Positions 45,355-49,361 of a stretch of 49,361 nt of DNA are shown piece by piece. The DNA comes from Sphaerotilus sp. Lineage in GTDB: Bacteria > Pseudomonadota > Gammaproteobacteria > Burkholderiales > Burkholderiaceae_C. A program made the translations under genes and the position numbers. A model generated the notes under the pieces. It did no database searches. It was not told the DNA's origin and was given only the letters and a program-made list of their open reading frames with translations. The stretch spans positions 1 to 49,361 of the forward strand of contig NZ_JBFPGY010000027.1 of the NCBI RefSeq assembly GCF_041083715.1. The letters are read 5' to 3'. Each line of letters begins with the position of its first letter. Position 1 is the stretch's first letter.

Positions 45355-46529
45355 GGCTTCGCGGCGGTCGTGGCCGGAGCGTCGACGGTGACGCGGGCAC
45401 CGGCCTTGACGCCTTCGCGCTCCAGCGAGGTGACGATCCGCTCGCCGCCCTTCAGCCCGTCGAGCACCTCGGTGAACTCCCAGTTCGACACCCCGGCGCG
45501 CACCTTGTGCTCGACCAGCGTGTCGCCATCGACCACCAGCACCCGCCCGCCCTCGCCCAGCGCTGCCGCGGGCACGCGCAGCACCGCCTTGCGGGTGTCG
45601 AGCACGACTTCCACATCAGCGCTGTAGCCGACCAGCAGCGGGCCGGTCTTGTCCGGCCGGTCGAAGGTCACGTCGATGTCCACCGTGCGCGCCTGCTTCT
45701 CGACGGCCGAGACGATCGGTGCGACCCGCTGGACGCGCCCGGGAAAGGTCTTGCCCGGCAGCGCGTCGATGGTGATGCGCACTGGCTGGCCGGGCAGAAT
45801 GCGCGGCGCGTCCACCTCGTCCATCGGCGCCTTGATGTAGAGGCAGGCGTCGTCGATCAGGTCGATGGCCGGCGGCGTGGGAACGCCCGGTGGCGATGGC
45901 GTCGAGTACTCGCCCACCTCGCCGACGATCTTGGCGACCCGCCCATCGAACGGTGCGACCAGACGCGTGCGGCTCTGCTCGACCCGGGTGGCACCGATGC
46001 GGGCTTGCGCGGAGACCACGTCCGAGCGCGCGGTCTGGCAGGCCGCGCTGCGGGTGTCGGCATCGGAGCGCGCGGCCTCCTCGCGGGAGACGGAGACAAA
46101 CCCCTGCGCACGCAATTCGGTCTGGCGTTTCGCCTCGCGCACGGCGGCCTCGGCAGCGGTGCAGGCCTCGATGACGTGCTTGCGGGCCGTGTCCATCTGC
46201 GCGGCGGCCAGCGTCTGCTGCGCCTGCTGGTCGTCGTTCCAGAGCTTCATCAGCAACTGGCCCTTGCGGACGCGGTCCCCCTCCTTGACATTGAGCAACT
46301 CGATGCGCCCGCCCATGATCGTGGACAGCCGCGTGCGCTGGCAGGCCTCGACCGTGCCGGCGCGCGTGTTGGCGATGGAGGATTCGACCTGTCCGCGCCC
46401 GACCTCGACCGTGACCACGGCGATCGGTTTGGGTCGGCGCAGCCACGCCACCCCCCCGGCCACAAGACCGAGGACGACCAGCGCGATCAGACTGCGGCGC
46501 AGCCAGGGCGGGGAAAAAGCGGTGGTCAT
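45351..46529 (-). CDS. Efflux periplasmic adaptor (membrane fusion protein)
   Basis: N-terminal TM, VKEGDRVRKGQLL lipoyl-like segment, coiled coil, APFDG, GVSNWEFTEV. Confidence 0.9.
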   Translation of the reverse strand: MTTAFSPPWLRRSLIALVVLGLVAGGVAWLRRPKPIAVVTVEVGRGQVESSIANTRAGTVEACQRTRLSTIMGGRIELLNVKEGDRVRKGQLLMKLWNDDQQAQQTLAAAQMDTARKHVIEACTAAEAAVREAKRQTELRAQGFVSVSREEAARSDADTRSAACQTARSDVVSAQARIGATRVEQSRTRLVAPFDGRVAKIVGEVGEYSTPSPPGVPTPPAIDLIDDACLYIKAPMDEVDAPRILPGQPVRITIDALPGKTFPGRVQRVAPIVSAVEKQARTVDIDVTFDRPDKTGPLLVGYSADVEVVLDTRKAVLRVPAAALGEGGRVLVVDGDTLVEHKVRAGVSNWEFTEVLDGLKGGERIVTSLEREGVKAGARVTVDAPATTAAKP

Positions 46530-46640
46530 CGGCGCGGTCACGGTTTGTGCTGCAGTGCGAACATTCTGCGCGCCGCACGGTGGCTCCGGATACGGACCGC
46601 CACACAAGGTTGATCGTTGTCAACCTGACCGGAACCGTGC

Positions 46641-47036
46641 TCAGCAGGCGTATGACTCGCGGAACTCGGCCTCGCGCCTGATCTGCGCCACGACCCGCGC
46701 GGCATCGATGTGCAGCACCGTGCCGGAGATCAGCTGCAGGCGGCAGACCACTGCACCGCGGCGGTCGAGCGGCAGCGGCAGCACCTGCGCGGCCTGGCCA
46801 AGCGGCACGCCGTCGAGCAGCAGGCTGCCGTGCGCGACGCCGCCGAGCACCGGGCCATCACCATGCCAGGTCGCGCCCTCGAACACGAGTTCGAGCGGAC
46901 GCAGATAACCGGCCAGACCATCGTCCACACGGCGGCAGGCCGCGGCGGCGAAGCGCAGGCGCAGCGTCGCAGGGGTGTCCTGGGTGGCGCCGGCGAGTTC
47001 GGAGTCGGACCAATGGAGGAAATAGGCAGCAGACAT
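46641..47036 (-). CDS. Hypothetical protein
   Basis: 131-aa ORF filling the intergenic space with protein-like composition; no family recognised. Confidence 0.6.
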   Translation of the reverse strand: MSAAYFLHWSDSELAGATQDTPATLRLRFAAAACRRVDDGLAGYLRPLELVFEGATWHGDGPVLGGVAHGSLLLDGVPLGQAAQVLPLPLDRRGAVVCRLQLISGTVLHIDAARVVAQIRREAEFRESYAC

Positions 47037-47070
47037 GCAGCCATCATGCCCCGAACGCTAGACTTGTCCG

Positions 47071-47895
47071 ATGCGCCTGCAGATCTTCTCCGACCTCCAC
47101 CTCGAACGCATCCCGCACTGGGAGCCGACCCCCGCCCCCGGTGCCGACGTGCTGGTGCTCGCTGGCGACATCGGCTCCTACCAGACCGGCTCGCTGCTGC
47201 CGGACGACGATTTCGGGTTGACACGGTTTTCACCGGTCCATGGCGCAGGGCCCTGGCGGCATGTGCTGTTCGTGCCCGGCAACCACGAATACGACGGCTA
47301 CGAGCTGAGCGAAGCCGGCGTGCGCATGCAGGCGCTGTGCGCGCGGCTGGGCATCACCTGGCTGGACCGGCGCCAGGTGGTGCTCGATGGCGTGCGCTTC
47401 CTGGGCACGACGTTGTGGAGTGACTTCGACTCGATCGGGCCACGCGAGAAGGCCTTCCGCGCCGCGAACTTCTACCTGCGCAAGAACACCTGCCTGCGCG
47501 GCGGCGAACCGATGCTGGCCGAGTCGATGCGCGAACTGGCGCTGGAGTGCCAGCAATGGCTGCGCACGGCACTGGCCGAACCGTTCGACGGACCGACCGT
47601 GGTCGTGACCCACTTCGCACCGACGCTGGCCAGCGCCGATCCGCGCTACGGGTTGGCGCCGGGCACGGCCGGGTTCTGCAATGCGCTGGACGATCTGGTG
47701 GCACAGGCAGACCTGTGGATCCACGGGCATCTCCACTGCCCCGTCGACCACACCACGCGCGGCTGCCGTGTGGTGGCCAACCCGCTCGGCTACGCCATCA
47801 AGGGCGAGCAGGAGACGTTCCGACCGGCGGCCGCACTCACGGTGCCCCGGCGCTTCACAGCGTCGAGCACCGCAGCACGGATGCCGGCAGGCTGA
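47071..47895 (+). CDS. Calcineurin-like metallophosphoesterase
   Basis: SDLH, AGD, PGNHEY, TH, HGHLH metal-binding motifs. Confidence 0.9.
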   Translation: MRLQIFSDLHLERIPHWEPTPAPGADVLVLAGDIGSYQTGSLLPDDDFGLTRFSPVHGAGPWRHVLFVPGNHEYDGYELSEAGVRMQALCARLGITWLDRRQVVLDGVRFLGTTLWSDFDSIGPREKAFRAANFYLRKNTCLRGGEPMLAESMRELALECQQWLRTALAEPFDGPTVVVTHFAPTLASADPRYGLAPGTAGFCNALDDLVAQADLWIHGHLHCPVDHTTRGCRVVANPLGYAIKGEQETFRPAAALTVPRRFTASSTAARMPAG

Positions 47896-49361
47896 GCCGC
47901 GCCAGGTCGAGCAGGTGCTGGTGGTGGGTGAAGACCAGCACCTGCGACCCTTGCGCGAAGTCGGCCAGCATCCGCAGCATCCGCACGGCACGGTCGTCGT
48001 CGGAGGTCATCAGGACGTCGTCCAGCACCAGCGGCAAGCGGGTGCCGCGGTCGCGGTGCATCTGCAGGGCAGCCAGCCGCAGCGCCAGGTAGAGCTGGTC
48101 GCGCGTGCCTTCGCTGAGGCCATCGACCGCCAGCGTGCGGCCATCGCGGCGGTGGATCTGCAGCACCGGCCGGTGTTCGTCGTCGCCCGGCTCGCTTTGC
48201 AGGCGGTCGTACTCGCCGCCGGTCATCGTCGCGAAGCAGGTGGATGCGGCGCGCAGGATCGGCCCCTGCGCCCGCTCGCGGAACTGCCCCAGTGCCTGCG
48301 CGAGCATGGCCTGCGCGAGCCGGGCACGCATCCACGGCACCAGCCCCGCGCGCACGGCCGCACCAGCCTGTTCCATGCGTTCACGGGCCTGTGCGGCCAG
48401 ATCGCCCGAGTCGATGGCGTCGCGTTCGCGGCGGGCGGCTTCGTCGCGCTGCCGGGCCGCATCGAGACGCGGCGCCAGGTCGGCCAGCGCCTGCTCGCAC
48501 TGCGCGGCCTCGACCTGGGCCTGTGCCAGATCGAGGTCGCCGACCAGCACGCGCAGCGCCGCTTCGTCGCGCCAGCCGCCTTGTGCCAGCAGATCGCGGA
48601 TGTGGTCGCGCAGCTGCTCGGCCGCGCGCCGTTGCCGGGCGCGCTCTTCGGCCGCCGGCAGTTCGGCGTCGGTGGGCACACCCGCCGCTGCGCACAGTGC
48701 CTGTCGGGACTGTTGCAGCTGCTGCAGCGCGGCGACGTGCTGCTGGCGCCGCTGGGTCGCCTCGTCCAGGGCCTGCGCGAGCACCTGGCGGCGGCCTTCC
48801 AGACGCCGGGCTTCGTCGAGGCGCCGACCCAGGTCGTCGATCCAGTGGCGCAGGTCCGCCGACGGCGGCGGCTCCTGCAGAACGGCTGCCAGCTCGGTCG
48901 CCCTGCGTGCCAGATCGGCCTGCACGCGCTGCGCCCGCGCGTGGGCCAGCCGCGCCTGCGACAGCTGATCGGCGGTAGCACCTGCCTGGTCCCACTCCAG
49001 CAACCGCGCACGGACCGCCACCACGTCGGCCGTACCGGACAGATGCAAGGCCTCGCACACCGGCCGGAGCGCGGCCGCCATGGCATCGGCCAACCCGAGC
49101 AGGCGCTGCTCTTCGCGCTGCTCGCGCTGCAGCTGTTCCTGGCGCAGGGCCTGTTCAGCCGCCGCAGTCAGCGCGGCCTGCTCCTCCCGGGCGAAGGTGT
49201 CCTCGCGCTGGCGGGCGAGCGCCAGCAAGGTGGTCATCGGCGTGTGACCGGCGTCCGGAACCGACTCGGGCGCAGGCGAAGCCACGGCCTGCAGCGCCGC
49301 ACCAAGTCCCAGGTGCACCTGATCGGCCACGGCTTGCGCACGCTGCCATTCCTGCGTCAGC
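47855..49361 (-). CDS. YhaN-like AAA/SMC-type coiled-coil ATPase, 3' part (open to the right edge)
   Basis: Long coiled coil; C-terminal LSEGTRDQLYLALRLA signature, Walker B PLVLDD, QVLVFTHH; frame stays open to 49360. Confidence 0.85.
   Translation of the reverse strand, partial: LTQEWQRAQAVADQVHLGLGAALQAVASPAPESVPDAGHTPMTTLLALARQREDTFAREEQAALTAAAEQALRQEQLQREQREEQRLLGLADAMAAALRPVCEALHLSGTADVVAVRARLLEWDQAGATADQLSQARLAHARAQRVQADLARRATELAAVLQEPPPSADLRHWIDDLGRRLDEARRLEGRRQVLAQALDEATQRRQQHVAALQQLQQSRQALCAAAGVPTDAELPAAEERARQRRAAEQLRDHIRDLLAQGGWRDEAALRVLVGDLDLAQAQVEAAQCEQALADLAPRLDAARQRDEAARRERDAIDSGDLAAQARERMEQAGAAVRAGLVPWMRARLAQAMLAQALGQFRERAQGPILRAASTCFATMTGGEYDRLQSEPGDDEHRPVLQIHRRDGRTLAVDGLSEGTRDQLYLALRLAALQMHRDRGTRLPLVLDDVLMTSDDDRAVRMLRMLADFAQGSQVLVFTHHQHLLDLARLSLPASVLRCSTL

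Noticed and set aside
47071-47895. Metallophosphoesterase as the SbcD/YhaO partner of the AAA ATPase
   Set aside because: It is short (274 aa), on the opposite strand and downstream, whereas YhaO-type genes are longer and co-oriented upstream.

Overview
High-GC bacterial chromosome segment, most likely Betaproteobacteria/Burkholderiales (inferred from protein families and gene order; no finer assignment attempted). It is mostly conserved housekeeping backbone: pstSCAB-phoU-phoB-phoR(partial), rlmE-ftsH-folP-glmM, yhbY, carA-carB-greA, alaA-hom-thrC-mobB-moeA-moaD-moaE-crcB-qor, bcp, PIN-PhoH, tadA-ldcA, guaB-MFS-guaA-dgoA-dgoK, ratA-ratB/smpB, a MacAB-like ABC exporter, a metallophosphoesterase and the 3' part of a YhaN-like AAA ATPase. 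I found no rRNA, tRNA, tmRNA, CRISPR array, transposase or integrase, and no clear novel multi-gene system. The best signals are regulatory: back-to-back Pho boxes linking a fasciclin lipoprotein to the phosphate regulon, a leaderless uORF running through a terminator upstream of PIN-PhoH, a structured carA leader that can pair with its own RBS, and repeated bidirectional or leaderless promoters between divergent genes. All calls are by eye, without database searches.
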